Virus record (IMG/VR): IMGVR_UViG_3300033141_000963
Coordinates: 1 to 56,703 of that record
Strand: one strand, 5' to 3'
Length of the DNA stretch: 56,703 bases
Source: a virus
Taxonomy: Duplodnaviria > Caudoviricetes
Shown here: piece by piece, positions 40,750 through 50,410 of the stretch
How positions within the stretch are numbered: the stretch's first letter is position 1
Layout: every line of letters begins with the position of its first letter
Translations under genes and position numbers: made by a program
Notes under the pieces: model-generated
The model's database searches: none
The model's input: only the letters and a program-made list of their open reading frames with translations
What the model was told of the DNA's origin: nothing

Positions 40750-41552
40750 ACATCACCTATTTCGTAAATAAATTTTTCACCGTTCTCTTCGTATTTTAGA
40801 ATCTTATCTTCTAAAGCGACACCGAAAGCATTACCACCATGTTTTTTATGTGTTGTCTTGTTTACAATCATTCCATTGATATCATCAACAGGCTTCACGA
40901 AACCAAGCTGCATCATTTTTATTAATACTGAATTATTTAATTCATCACTAAATTCTTCTGGTATATCAAACTCAGCATTAAAAACAACATAGAATGGCAA
41001 TGGCTTGTCTTTAACACCGTCAAAAACTAAGTCAACCAACGCTCTGTCGTCTAATTCGTCATCATAGATATTCTTTAGGCTATATTGATGAAACTCGGCA
41101 TTTCCCAAAAGTTCGAGAAACTTGCTAGGTGCGATATAATTTTCTGGATCATTAACATAGCTAGTGTAAGACTTGTTAATAATAGTAACAAGATTAGGGG
41201 ATATCTTTTGCGATTTAAGTTTAATCAGGGAACGCTTGATATTCTTAAATTCAGTATCCTTATCCACGATAATCATCGCGTGATATGGAACCTTTGTTTG
41301 AAGTTTTACGATTTTTTCCCAAGTATCTTTTGGTAGACCTTCCATTAGTCTTTCATTTCTGAAAAACATACAGAATCTTCCATCAATAATATCAAATTCC
41401 TTGTCCTCATCCCTAACAGAAACGATCTCAATTCCAGCATCCTCGTAATCCTTTAGCTTGCCTAGCTTACAGCCAACCTGAGTTGACTTTTCCCACTTTG
41501 CAAACACACAAGTTTTACATGATGTATGAATTGTGCTTATTTCCTTAGTCAT
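40728..41552 (-). CDS. Hypothetical protein, Cys-rich N-terminus plus possible GT-A-like domain (274 aa)
   Basis: TSCKTCVFA...GC.LG...FCMFFR; then K..L..LKSQ.I.P..V.I like a GT2 N-terminus. Confidence 0.45.
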   Translation of the reverse strand: MTKEISTIHTSCKTCVFAKWEKSTQVGCKLGKLKDYEDAGIEIVSVRDEDKEFDIIDGRFCMFFRNERLMEGLPKDTWEKIVKLQTKVPYHAMIIVDKDTEFKNIKRSLIKLKSQKISPNLVTIINKSYTSYVNDPENYIAPSKFLELLGNAEFHQYSLKNIYDDELDDRALVDLVFDGVKDKPLPFYVVFNAEFDIPEEFSDELNNSVLIKMMQLGFVKPVDDINGMIVNKTTHKKHGGNAFGVALEDKILKYEENGEKFIYEIGDVCPSMKK

Positions 41553-41941
41553 ACCTTTTGTGCCTCCACTAAATATCTACCGTTATCAACACCGGCAAAC
41601 TTGATTTGAAGTCCCTTGCTTTCCAGTAAAGTTCTTATAGATGTTATAGAGTTGATCCTTTTGCACCTACCGAAGAAACCAGAAGCCTCTTCGATGGCAG
41701 ATTCACCAAAGAATACTTTTCTACATACTTCTAGTCCGTCAATGCCTGACAAAATCAAAACACCATTCTTTCTGATCTTTTGAACAACACTAGCGAGTAC
41801 ATCGTTATTTTCAGAAAACTCTAACACATCTGATACGAATATGGAAGTAAAATAACTATCTGGAGCAAGAACTAAATCCTGTTCGCTTAAATCATTTTCA
41901 TTCCTTTTGTTTACAACCAGATTAATATTCTTGCTAATCAT
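41549..41941 (-). CDS. Truncated SAM-methyltransferase-like protein (130 aa)
   Basis: FTSIFVSDVLEF...QKIRKNGVLIL resembles class I MTase motifs IV-VI; GxG motif I not evident. Confidence 0.45.
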   Translation of the reverse strand: MISKNINLVVNKRNENDLSEQDLVLAPDSYFTSIFVSDVLEFSENNDVLASVVQKIRKNGVLILSGIDGLEVCRKVFFGESAIEEASGFFGRCKRINSITSIRTLLESKGLQIKFAGVDNGRYLVEAQKV

Positions 41942-42883
41942 TTAATTCCTCACAAAACCTTTATTACAGACATGACCTAATAAGTTATTCCACTTGTTTC
42001 CAAACTCTTCTTCAGTAAATTTAGATACATAGTTATACGCATTTTCCACTAATTGTGGCAAACCATCAAATTTTAAAACTTGTTCATAGTTTGCAGGATC
42101 GTTAAACATTGTAGGGCTTTCAACAACAAGACAAAGCTGCTGGGATGCTAAATCCCCAAGATCTTGCGATCCTTTAGGAACTATCACAGGTATCCTGTTT
42201 CTCATGCAATCATACAGCATTGTGTTCTTGTTATGCCACAGATACAAGTACATTGATGCTTTTTCTATTACATTTGTATAAAGACCATTATTTACATTAA
42301 CTCCTAAGCCCTCAACACTTTGTTTAGGTAATGTATTGTCTAATAAAATAAAATTGGCATCCTGATCCTTCTGAATAGTCCTTCCCGGATAATTGATTTC
42401 AACGCTCAGGCATGGAATCTGGCTAATCCAGCTTCTACTAACATCCTTACTGTTGGCTACACAAGCATCTCCACTTCTACCATATAGAACTTCAGGGTTT
42501 GGCAAATTCAAAGTAGCGTGAAGAGGACAAGGAACCTTGGTAATGCTAGAAGCAAAATCGACAACGATAAGAGGCACATGAAGATTGCGTGAAGCATTTT
42601 CAGCACGCTCATACATAGCACCTCTGTTGAATACAATAATTGCATCAACGTGTCTACTAGGAATCTCGTGCATAAAGTCAACGATATGGATATTTGATGG
42701 CTTACTTTCCGTTCCCCACTGTGGGAAATTAGCAATTCCTGTAACCAGATAAAAATCATGAGGTAGTGAATTAGCAAGCATTGAACAATACTCATCCATT
42801 GTCTCATTGACGAGTAAGATTGTTAGCTTTTCTTTTTCCTCAGAAGAGGCATTTCTAATTATATTTTCTATTGCGAACATCAT
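41942..42883 (-). CDS. Glycosyltransferase-like protein, GT-B fold (313 aa)
   Basis: DAIIVF, LHVPLI, ASMYLYL...LYDCM...IPVI resemble a degenerate GT4 C-terminal motif. Confidence 0.5.
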   Translation of the reverse strand: MMFAIENIIRNASSEEKEKLTILLVNETMDEYCSMLANSLPHDFYLVTGIANFPQWGTESKPSNIHIVDFMHEIPSRHVDAIIVFNRGAMYERAENASRNLHVPLIVVDFASSITKVPCPLHATLNLPNPEVLYGRSGDACVANSKDVSRSWISQIPCLSVEINYPGRTIQKDQDANFILLDNTLPKQSVEGLGVNVNNGLYTNVIEKASMYLYLWHNKNTMLYDCMRNRIPVIVPKGSQDLGDLASQQLCLVVESPTMFNDPANYEQVLKFDGLPQLVENAYNYVSKFTEEEFGNKWNNLLGHVCNKGFVRN

Positions 42884-43911
42884 TATCCCTTATTATAACT
42901 TAGAATGTACTGCTTACACTTGTCAACCACTTCGCTATTGACCATTTTCATCTTCCTTCCAATATCTGTGCTGGATGGCACTCTCCAAGAGTTTCTCCCA
43001 GAGTTGATTCCGGGCATAGGTCTGTTATTTAGTAAGCATATTTGCTCGCAAGACTGAACCGAGAGAGGATATTCATCATTGATATTTAGTACATCAAGAA
43101 CAATCGAAGGCTTGGCGTACCTCATCGCATTGGAAAGAGAGTCATTAATCTTACCACCATACTCAACATTGATATAGCAATCAAAGTTTGCATGTGCATA
43201 GTTAAGTAAAGTTTCATCTTTACTATTAACGACCGCAACATCTTTATAGTTTCTTTTATCGGTAAAAATACCAAGCCTTTCCTTTGTCTCTTCAATAAGT
43301 TTCATGACCGCTTCTTTTTCATTACTATCGCAAAAGACAAACATCATTACATTGTCACAAACATAATAGCTTGAAAGAAAAGCAGCAATCGTTTCTGTTA
43401 GTCCAGAAGACTCAGATGGAGATGCGTCTGTGTAGAACTTGACGGTATTCTTATACAAGTCCAAATTAAGTCCCATATCTTGCATACCAGCAAAAGGCTT
43501 ATCGCCAAGACTATGAACAGTGATCCCTGTAGTAACACCCGATTCTTCTAGTAGTTTTTTCTCATTATCACTAAATACAACAACTGCATCAAATAAGTTT
43601 AAAGATTGAGTCCATCCCAAGTCCTTAATATGAGAGTCAACCATAGTAACAGCAATATTCTCGTTAAAGTCACCGTTGTATGCCAAGTTCATAGGAAGTC
43701 CAAACTGAATTAAAACATCCTTACTTTCTACATTATTTTGCTCGTACTTTTCTAGATCACCGATGTCATTTCTCAGATTATTATAGCTATAATACAGTGG
43801 CCTGAGACATAGCTCATCACCTTTGAGTTTTGCCATATCCTTAGCAAGCTCTAGGCTTTTTCTTCCCCAACCGTCTGTTTGTCTATAAGGTGCAATTAAC
43901 AATACACTCAT
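42883..43911 (-). CDS. Glycosyltransferase-like protein, GT4-like (342 aa)
   Basis: LLIAPY...DGWG N-terminus; LNLFDAVVVFS; HANFDCYI...AM..AKP.I; W..P...D....M. Confidence 0.6.
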   Translation of the reverse strand: MSVLLIAPYRQTDGWGRKSLELAKDMAKLKGDELCLRPLYYSYNNLRNDIGDLEKYEQNNVESKDVLIQFGLPMNLAYNGDFNENIAVTMVDSHIKDLGWTQSLNLFDAVVVFSDNEKKLLEESGVTTGITVHSLGDKPFAGMQDMGLNLDLYKNTVKFYTDASPSESSGLTETIAAFLSSYYVCDNVMMFVFCDSNEKEAVMKLIEETKERLGIFTDKRNYKDVAVVNSKDETLLNYAHANFDCYINVEYGGKINDSLSNAMRYAKPSIVLDVLNINDEYPLSVQSCEQICLLNNRPMPGINSGRNSWRVPSSTDIGRKMKMVNSEVVDKCKQYILSYNKG

Positions 43912-45545
43912 TTCTTAACTCTCCTATTTGCTTCCATAATAAAAGCTGGGCCTGTTGTTTTATTGACTCTTTGACTGTCGAAGAAATGCCTTTGTTGTGC
44001 CATTCCAAGAACTTGCTCAAATGCTTTTTTCTGGTCAAATGGTGAAAGATCAACACCAAAGTTAGCACCATAGTTTAAATTTCTCAACATATTTAACATG
44101 TCATATTCGTAAAGTTTGCTTTGGTCTTGAATTACACTTCCGTAGATCCACTCGCAGAATTGAAGGTTGTTAAGACCTTGTGGGATTTCCGTTGGGACTG
44201 GCCTTATAGTTGGTGGCGTATCCCATTTTCCTTGCAGCGGTTTTGTAACCTGAACATTGTCGAAGTAATTCATCCAAGCGTTTGCTGCTATATCCCAAGT
44301 ATACCTTGTAATACATCCTTTCCTTGACTCAAGACGCTTCTTTTTTGCTTGAGCTTCTGTTTGAGTAGCACATTTCAGCATAATGTCTGTTAGTGCCGCA
44401 TTGTTTGGGCCAGATCTATCTGCATTGGTTTCCATTTCTCTAGCCAATTGTGGCTTGATGGGGTATCCATTACAGTGTTTGACGACATCTTCCATAGCAC
44501 TATAATCAATACATGCGATTGGCGTTCCTGCTGCCGCTGCTTCAACCTGTGGCATACCAAAGCCTTCACAAATAGCATATTGAACGTACAAATCCATTAG
44601 ATTGTAAATGTCATTAAGCTCAGAGTGTTCAATACCATTCTGAACTCCCGGCATAGTAGCAGCATGAGATCCACAATGTTCACAAACAGTGATTGCATCC
44701 CTATATCTGGAAACAAAGTGCTTCTTGCAGTTTCTACAAACATATGTAACAAGAAGTTTTGTTCCAAATTCATGGGCTAATGAAGTAATGTTCCATCCCA
44801 TTTTCTCTGGATAGCTTGTATGCAAATATAAAAGAGATCTATCTGCAACATCTTTCGGTGCTTTCTTTAAAAAATCAGAAAAGGAACGCATTAGATCTGG
44901 GAACATTTTACGCTTTTGGTTACGCATAACAGTTCCAACAATAAAGCTGTCTGGATCAAGACCAAACTTTTCTTTGTGTGCTTTCTTATTCGGAATAATA
45001 TTAAATTCAGATGGATCAATGGCAGGAGAAGCACAATCACTTACTTTAAGCCTTCCATGAGTTTGCTCTTCTAAAGTCCTAATTCCATATTCAGAATATG
45101 CCATCAGACCATCACATTTATTAAACCAGTATAGCCATTCGTTTTTCTGAGGCTCACTGTCTACTGTTGGCATCCATACCCAATGAAAGAATGGCAGTAA
45201 CGAAGAATTTGCCACATACGCATCCATCCAAGGATCTCGATATGTAACAACAATGTCTGGCTTGAACTCTAAAACTGCAAATTCAAATCTAGTACATCCC
45301 CATTGGACATTTGGGTTTTCTGTATGTTGCTTTGCATAGTCCTTTTCATTATCCAGTGGTGCATTTCCATAGATTACCCAGTCCGTATTCTCAAAATCAG
45401 TAGAACTAGCATAACATGCGAACTCAGCAATTTCATATTTGCCAGACTTATGTATTCTGGTTAGAATCTCTTTTGCATATGTGCCAAACCCAGAAGCTAG
45501 TTTATGAGATTCAGTTACAAACAATATACGTTTCTTATTTTGCAT
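43908..45545 (-). CDS. Glycosyltransferase family 4 with zinc-ribbon insertion (545 aa)
   Basis: ILFV...SGFG; RNQKRK; YNLMDLYV...EGFGMPQVEAAAAGTP catalytic motif; CRNC...CEHC insert. Confidence 0.9.
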   Translation of the reverse strand: MQNKKRILFVTESHKLASGFGTYAKEILTRIHKSGKYEIAEFACYASSTDFENTDWVIYGNAPLDNEKDYAKQHTENPNVQWGCTRFEFAVLEFKPDIVVTYRDPWMDAYVANSSLLPFFHWVWMPTVDSEPQKNEWLYWFNKCDGLMAYSEYGIRTLEEQTHGRLKVSDCASPAIDPSEFNIIPNKKAHKEKFGLDPDSFIVGTVMRNQKRKMFPDLMRSFSDFLKKAPKDVADRSLLYLHTSYPEKMGWNITSLAHEFGTKLLVTYVCRNCKKHFVSRYRDAITVCEHCGSHAATMPGVQNGIEHSELNDIYNLMDLYVQYAICEGFGMPQVEAAAAGTPIACIDYSAMEDVVKHCNGYPIKPQLAREMETNADRSGPNNAALTDIMLKCATQTEAQAKKKRLESRKGCITRYTWDIAANAWMNYFDNVQVTKPLQGKWDTPPTIRPVPTEIPQGLNNLQFCEWIYGSVIQDQSKLYEYDMLNMLRNLNYGANFGVDLSPFDQKKAFEQVLGMAQQRHFFDSQRVNKTTGPAFIMEANRRVKK

Positions 45546-45978
45546 TTGCTTCTCTTAATCTTTTAACGAGTTTATAGAATTTATTTTTGACTTTAGACGG
45601 TGTTTCATTAACTATGTCACAAATTTCATGGAATTTATAACCATGCTGTCTAAGTTCTAATAGAGTTTTTTCTTCATCGGTCATGTCGTCCAGATAACAT
45701 TCCCAAATCTTATCTGTTGTTTCAGTTGTTGGAGAAGCAATACTGTCTATATTTACAAAACTCTTTCTGTTTTTAATCTCTCTTATGATAGACCACCTGA
45801 TAGGTCGCCAAGCATATGTAGAAATTAGACCGTTGCTTTTGTCGTATTTTTTCAATGCCTTCCAAAGACCAATTCTTCCGGCATCCATCAAGTCTTCACG
45901 CTCTGTATGATTTTTTGGGCCAAATGAGTTTACTATAGAAACTACTAGCCCCATGTTTTGTTCAATCAGTTCGTCCAT
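45535..45978 (-). CDS. RNA polymerase sigma-70 family factor, minimal region 2 + region 4 (147 aa)
   Basis: LIEQNMGLVVSIV, EDLMDAGRIGLWKALKKYD, STYA...IRWSI; C-terminal HTH GYKFHEICDIV. Confidence 0.9.
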   Translation of the reverse strand: MDELIEQNMGLVVSIVNSFGPKNHTEREDLMDAGRIGLWKALKKYDKSNGLISTYAWRPIRWSIIREIKNRKSFVNIDSIASPTTETTDKIWECYLDDMTDEEKTLLELRQHGYKFHEICDIVNETPSKVKNKFYKLVKRLREANAK

Positions 45979-45990
45979 ACTATATCCTTA

Positions 45991-47625
45991 TTATATACAT
46001 TGTTCTAGAGTTTGTGCTTTTTTTACTAAAAAACTTCCTCTTTTTTTATCTCTTTCGCCCCTCAACAATAATATCTTGCCTACGACAATTTTACTCTTGA
46101 GTTTTGACCAATCATCAGAAAAAACAGTGATGTTATCAAGAGAGCAAGTACCGTCTGATACTTTCAAGAAAGCCATTTTCTCACCCTTATGCTGACCACC
46201 TCTGATTTTCCACTCTCGGACATCGCTTATTTGTGCTGCAATAGCAATATAGTTGTTATCAAACCCCTTAATATATTCTCGACAGGTGCAATTTGCATTT
46301 GATGTATCATACTCATCCACTTCTGAACAAGTAATTTCAACTCCAAGCAAATCTCTCTCCTGCTTTGCTCGCCAAGACCACCTATCAATCAATTCATATG
46401 GAGGGTTTTTCAAAGCTGCAATTGACCCATTAACCTGCTCTAAATGCCTTTCTCTATGTACTGTGGCCTTTTTAGACTGTTTGATATGGGGAATTGTTTT
46501 CTCAAGTCCTTCTAAGAATGTCTTTGCTTCAACCTTGGTCAGATAATCTTTATCAGAATCTTTTAATTCTTTATAAATGTTATATTGATACAGCATTTCG
46601 TTTCTTTGTCTTCCATAACAATCAAAAACTCCTGCCCTAATCATAGCATCGAATGAGTTAGACTTAATATATCGTCCAACCTTCATCAAGAACTCATCCC
46701 ATGACATTGCAGCTACATTATAATTGTTTTCATTTACGACACCCTCAATTTGCTTGAAAACACTGACACCAACGCTTTTGACATTCACAAGACCGAAGGT
46801 AGGCAATTTATCAACTAAGCAAAAGTTTTCGTTCATATTAGCGATACTAGGAGGATTAGTATCAATATCCATAGTTCTTGCGTTGTTCACAAGATCATTG
46901 ATCTCTTCAAACGGTTTTGGTTTACCATCTGCATGACGAAGGTATGAAGTAAAGAAGGCTCTAGGAAAGTGAGCTTTGGCATATGCGGTCTGATATCCGT
47001 TTAGTGCATAGCTTACAGAGTGAGACTTATTGAAAGAATACTTCTGAGACTTCTCGATCCAACTAAAAATCTCTTCGGCATCTTTCTCAGTAAAGTTTCC
47101 TTGACTAACAGCACCCTCTAGGAACTCTTTCTTTACTTTAGCCATAAGCTCAACATTCTTTTTACCAATAGCTTTACGAAGATTGTCAGCTTGACCTAGA
47201 GAGAAATTAGCAACCAATTGTGCAATCTGCATAGCTTGTTCCTGATAAACAAGAATCCCTTGGGTTGATTCTAGAATAGGCTTTAGTCTGGGGTCAAAGT
47301 ATTTAACCTCATCTTTACCAGCTTTACGATCAATATAGTGCTGGGTCAGAGACTTACCATCAACAATAGCATCACCACAACCCGGACGAATAATAGCAAT
47401 AAGGTCAGAAAGTTCTTCCACAGTTCTAGGTTTAACTTCTCTTGCCTTGCTTTGCCCAAGCTGAGATTCTAGCTGGAAAACACCTTTAGTATTTCCCTCA
47501 CATATCATGTCCCATGTTCTATCACACTCTAGGGGTAGTGCTTCAATATTCGGGTTGAATACTGGCAAACCCTTAGAGTTTTTTTCAAATTTACAACCGC
47601 ATGGGAACTCGATAAAATCACTCAT
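45991..47625 (-). CDS. dnaE: DNA polymerase III alpha, C-terminal half (fingers, HhH, OB)
   Basis: GVFQLES, IRPG, T.GILVYQEQ.M, ADNLRKAIGKK, YSFNKSH, FGL..VKSVG, MAFLKVSD. Confidence 0.93.
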   Translation of the reverse strand: MSDFIEFPCGCKFEKNSKGLPVFNPNIEALPLECDRTWDMICEGNTKGVFQLESQLGQSKAREVKPRTVEELSDLIAIIRPGCGDAIVDGKSLTQHYIDRKAGKDEVKYFDPRLKPILESTQGILVYQEQAMQIAQLVANFSLGQADNLRKAIGKKNVELMAKVKKEFLEGAVSQGNFTEKDAEEIFSWIEKSQKYSFNKSHSVSYALNGYQTAYAKAHFPRAFFTSYLRHADGKPKPFEEINDLVNNARTMDIDTNPPSIANMNENFCLVDKLPTFGLVNVKSVGVSVFKQIEGVVNENNYNVAAMSWDEFLMKVGRYIKSNSFDAMIRAGVFDCYGRQRNEMLYQYNIYKELKDSDKDYLTKVEAKTFLEGLEKTIPHIKQSKKATVHRERHLEQVNGSIAALKNPPYELIDRWSWRAKQERDLLGVEITCSEVDEYDTSNANCTCREYIKGFDNNYIAIAAQISDVREWKIRGGQHKGEKMAFLKVSDGTCSLDNITVFSDDWSKLKSKIVVGKILLLRGERDKKRGSFLVKKAQTLEQCI

Positions 47626-47635
47626 TGCATCTCCA

Positions 47636-48325
47636 TTAGATATCTACGTTTTCAAAACTTCCTTTGAACTTCGAGATAGACGATTGTTTTCTATGAAACT
47701 TCATGAATCTAGTAATAATTGCTGCTTCTTCAAAAACATCAACTAGTGCATCATGAGCAACACCCAATGCTTTCATTCCAAAGAATTTACGCCAAGTGTC
47801 CATCTTAAAGTCGTATGGCTCTTCGAGATTCTCAAACCACCAGAACAGATTATCCATAGCATCTAACTTAGTTACCGAGGAAAACGGCATCTTAACTTTA
47901 TGCTTCTTGCACAAACGCTCTGCAATCGGAATATCAAACCCTGTAATATTATACCCTGCTGGAATCGGTTCTGGGAACCATTGTCCGGGTTTTTTGTCCA
48001 CAGTAAACTTTTTACAGTAGGTTGCAAAGTTTTTCCAAGCAACTTTCTCGGAAACACCCTGCTTCCATCTTTCGATTACTTCTTCGTATGTAATTCCATA
48101 GTTTTGGGCGTGCCAATTAATAGTACCTTCTCTCTTTGGAACTTCAAAGTATTCTGGCTTATCAATACCGTCTGGCTTAATCATAGTATTAAATGCCTGA
48201 TCTTTTTTGACCTCAAGAGTCTCTGGGTCAATAGGAACAGCAGCAAGCTGAACCGGATTACACAGATCCTTATCTGGCAAGTCAGTCTCAAAGTCAAAGC
48301 AAATAATCCATCTATTATTCTTCAT
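47636..48325 (-). CDS. DEDDh 3'-5' exonuclease (DnaQ-like, 229 aa)
   Basis: FDFETD, AGYNITGFD, AHDALVD. Confidence 0.9.
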   Translation of the reverse strand: MKNNRWIICFDFETDLPDKDLCNPVQLAAVPIDPETLEVKKDQAFNTMIKPDGIDKPEYFEVPKREGTINWHAQNYGITYEEVIERWKQGVSEKVAWKNFATYCKKFTVDKKPGQWFPEPIPAGYNITGFDIPIAERLCKKHKVKMPFSSVTKLDAMDNLFWWFENLEEPYDFKMDTWRKFFGMKALGVAHDALVDVFEEAAIITRFMKFHRKQSSISKFKGSFENVDI

Positions 48326-48527
48326 CTACTTTCTCCACATAGAGCTTTTCAAAACACATAGATCCATTTTTAACTTGAATATGCTTTTCTGTTTCTCCTT
48401 TTTCATTGCCAAGCATTACATCAAAAGACTCGCACATTTTTGACCAAGACTTTCCATCAATAATTACTTTTTTAACAAAAGGATATTTTTGAGAAAGAGA
48501 AATCATATCTCTTCTAAATTCTAACAT
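48315..48527 (-). CDS. Hypothetical protein (70 aa)
   Basis: Overlaps both neighbours and fills the gap between dnaE-N and the exonuclease. Confidence 0.55.
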   Translation of the reverse strand: MLEFRRDMISLSQKYPFVKKVIIDGKSWSKMCESFDVMLGNEKGETEKHIQVKNGSMCFEKLYVEKVDEE

Positions 48528-50410
48528 AGGTCTTCACCTCCAACGATGTTTACAACGTCCATAACTTTGTCTAGTCCTCTAATAGCCAAACAGTCTAATT
48601 TCAATAGTCCAGAGTCTTCACAACTCGGCCCATCGAATCCAGCACGATAGCTTTTACCCTTGCTATCTAGAACCATTGGACATGATTCACTGATTGGTTT
48701 ACTTGATACAACAATACCAGCGGCATGTGTACCTGAAATAATTTTAGTATGCTCGATTCGGATTGCTTGTTCAAATATTTTTGCAAGCCTTCCTTCAAGC
48801 TGTCCATCCTTTCCAAGATGACACCATTCTTTTAGTTTCTCAGGGGTATTTTCTAAAGCCCAAAGAATACTAGATGAATAGCCATATTCTTCTTCAATAT
48901 CTTTTAGTTCGTCAGAAACCTTTGCTTCGTCTTGAAGACACTTAGTAATCGCCTTTTGCTCATCAAACGATATATTTCCGCGAGCAGACATTACTCTTGT
49001 AAGAGATGCCTTACCCTTGAGCGTCTGGAATGTTTGGATTTGTGCAACACACTCCTCTCCGTACTTTCCTTTGATGTATTCAATAGTCTCTTCTCTTGCT
49101 GCCTTTGGAATATCAAAGTCAATATCAGGCCAAGAGATTTTCCCCGGTGCATTACGACCCGCATTATAAAATCTCTCAAAGATAAGATTGAATGGGATAG
49201 GATCTACCTGAGTAATTCCCAAAAGATTAGACACCATACACCCAGCAGCGGAACCACGCCCCGGCCCAGTAATGTATCCTCTGGACCTAACAAAGCGGAG
49301 AATATCATCGACAATAAGAAAATAGCTAGAAAGGCCAATCGAGGTAAAAACTTCCAATTCATTATTCACCCTTTCACCGTATTTAGCAAATTCATCGCTG
49401 TTCTTGTCAACGTGACCCATTTTCCTTTGCCATCCATCACGGTTCAGTTTCCTGAGATACTCTTCTGGAGTCATACCGTTTGGGCATTTAAATTCTGGTG
49501 GCTCTGGGGATTTAAGGATATTATAATCTTCGCACATATCCAAAATCAAGTTGGTGTTCGCAAGCTCCTCATCAGTATGAAACTGCTTCATATCTTCATA
49601 AGAAGGAATATGATAATTGTTTGACTGAAAGAATGTAATCAAAGACCTGTTAGCAACACCCTGTTTAAGCTCTCTCTGGATCTGTGAGATGTTCTTTTTA
49701 AAGTATGTGCATAGAAGCACTCTCTGATCTTCTGCGTCCTCTCTCTCACAATAGTGAGCGTCTGGAGTCGCAACACATGGAGCACCAACTACTTTAGCAA
49801 TTTGCCTAAGAGCATTTCCTACCATTCCAGCAAACTTATTAATCTTAGAATCAATTAGCTGAATTTCAACAAAGAAGTTTTCTTTTCCAAACATAGTTTG
49901 AAGATTCTTTGCCATATGAACACCCTTCTTCATCCAGTCTGGATCAAGACGTTCTCCATCTGTGATAGCGTCAGCAAGTACAGAACCAAGATGTCCGCTA
50001 AAGCAAATTAGATTTCCTCTGTCGGCAGCTTGAGCCAACATATCCATATCAATTCTTGGCTTGTGGTAAAAGTTTTCTTTCTTATTAGATAAAGAAATTA
50101 CCCTTAGTAGGTCTTTCCACCCATTAAGATTCTTTGCGATGATTGGCTGATGAACTAATCTTTTGTTCTCTTTTTTCCTTACTGTCGCATCATCATCTGG
50201 GCAAATGTAAAGTTCGCTACCAAGAAGAGGTCTTAGTCCAGCAGATTTCATCTCTCTTGAGAAATCAACAGCACCGCTAACCGACCCATGATCTGTCAAT
50301 GCACATGCAGATGCACCAATTTTCTGGATACGCTCTGCAATATCATCACATTTGCTTAGACCGTCTAGTAGACTATATTCTGAGTGAACGTGTAACGGCG
50401 TGTATTTCAT
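48521..50410 (-). CDS. dnaE: DNA polymerase III alpha, N-terminal half (PHP, palm/thumb)
   Basis: LHVHSEYSLLDG, LTDHG, TPDAHY, GPGRGSAAG, FERF, PDIDFD, HAAGIV, GLLKLD. Confidence 0.95.
   Translation of the reverse strand: MKYTPLHVHSEYSLLDGLSKCDDIAERIQKIGASACALTDHGSVSGAVDFSREMKSAGLRPLLGSELYICPDDDATVRKKENKRLVHQPIIAKNLNGWKDLLRVISLSNKKENFYHKPRIDMDMLAQAADRGNLICFSGHLGSVLADAITDGERLDPDWMKKGVHMAKNLQTMFGKENFFVEIQLIDSKINKFAGMVGNALRQIAKVVGAPCVATPDAHYCEREDAEDQRVLLCTYFKKNISQIQRELKQGVANRSLITFFQSNNYHIPSYEDMKQFHTDEELANTNLILDMCEDYNILKSPEPPEFKCPNGMTPEEYLRKLNRDGWQRKMGHVDKNSDEFAKYGERVNNELEVFTSIGLSSYFLIVDDILRFVRSRGYITGPGRGSAAGCMVSNLLGITQVDPIPFNLIFERFYNAGRNAPGKISWPDIDFDIPKAAREETIEYIKGKYGEECVAQIQTFQTLKGKASLTRVMSARGNISFDEQKAITKCLQDEAKVSDELKDIEEEYGYSSSILWALENTPEKLKEWCHLGKDGQLEGRLAKIFEQAIRIEHTKIISGTHAAGIVVSSKPISESCPMVLDSKGKSYRAGFDGPSCEDSGLLKLDCLAIRGLDKVMDVVNIVGGEDLC

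Noticed and set aside
48500-48523. TAG reassignment or readthrough bridging dnaE-N
   Set aside because: An in-frame TGA follows within six codons; genes elsewhere are full-length under the standard code.
47500-48620. Split intein or intron joining the dnaE halves
   Set aside because: No Cys-initiated intein N-domain, no HN/C junction, and the gap is fully occupied by ORFs with no room for an intron core.
48932-49624. 230-aa + strand ORF and other + strand ORFs across the - arm
   Set aside because: Antisense to well-supported, tightly coupled genes.
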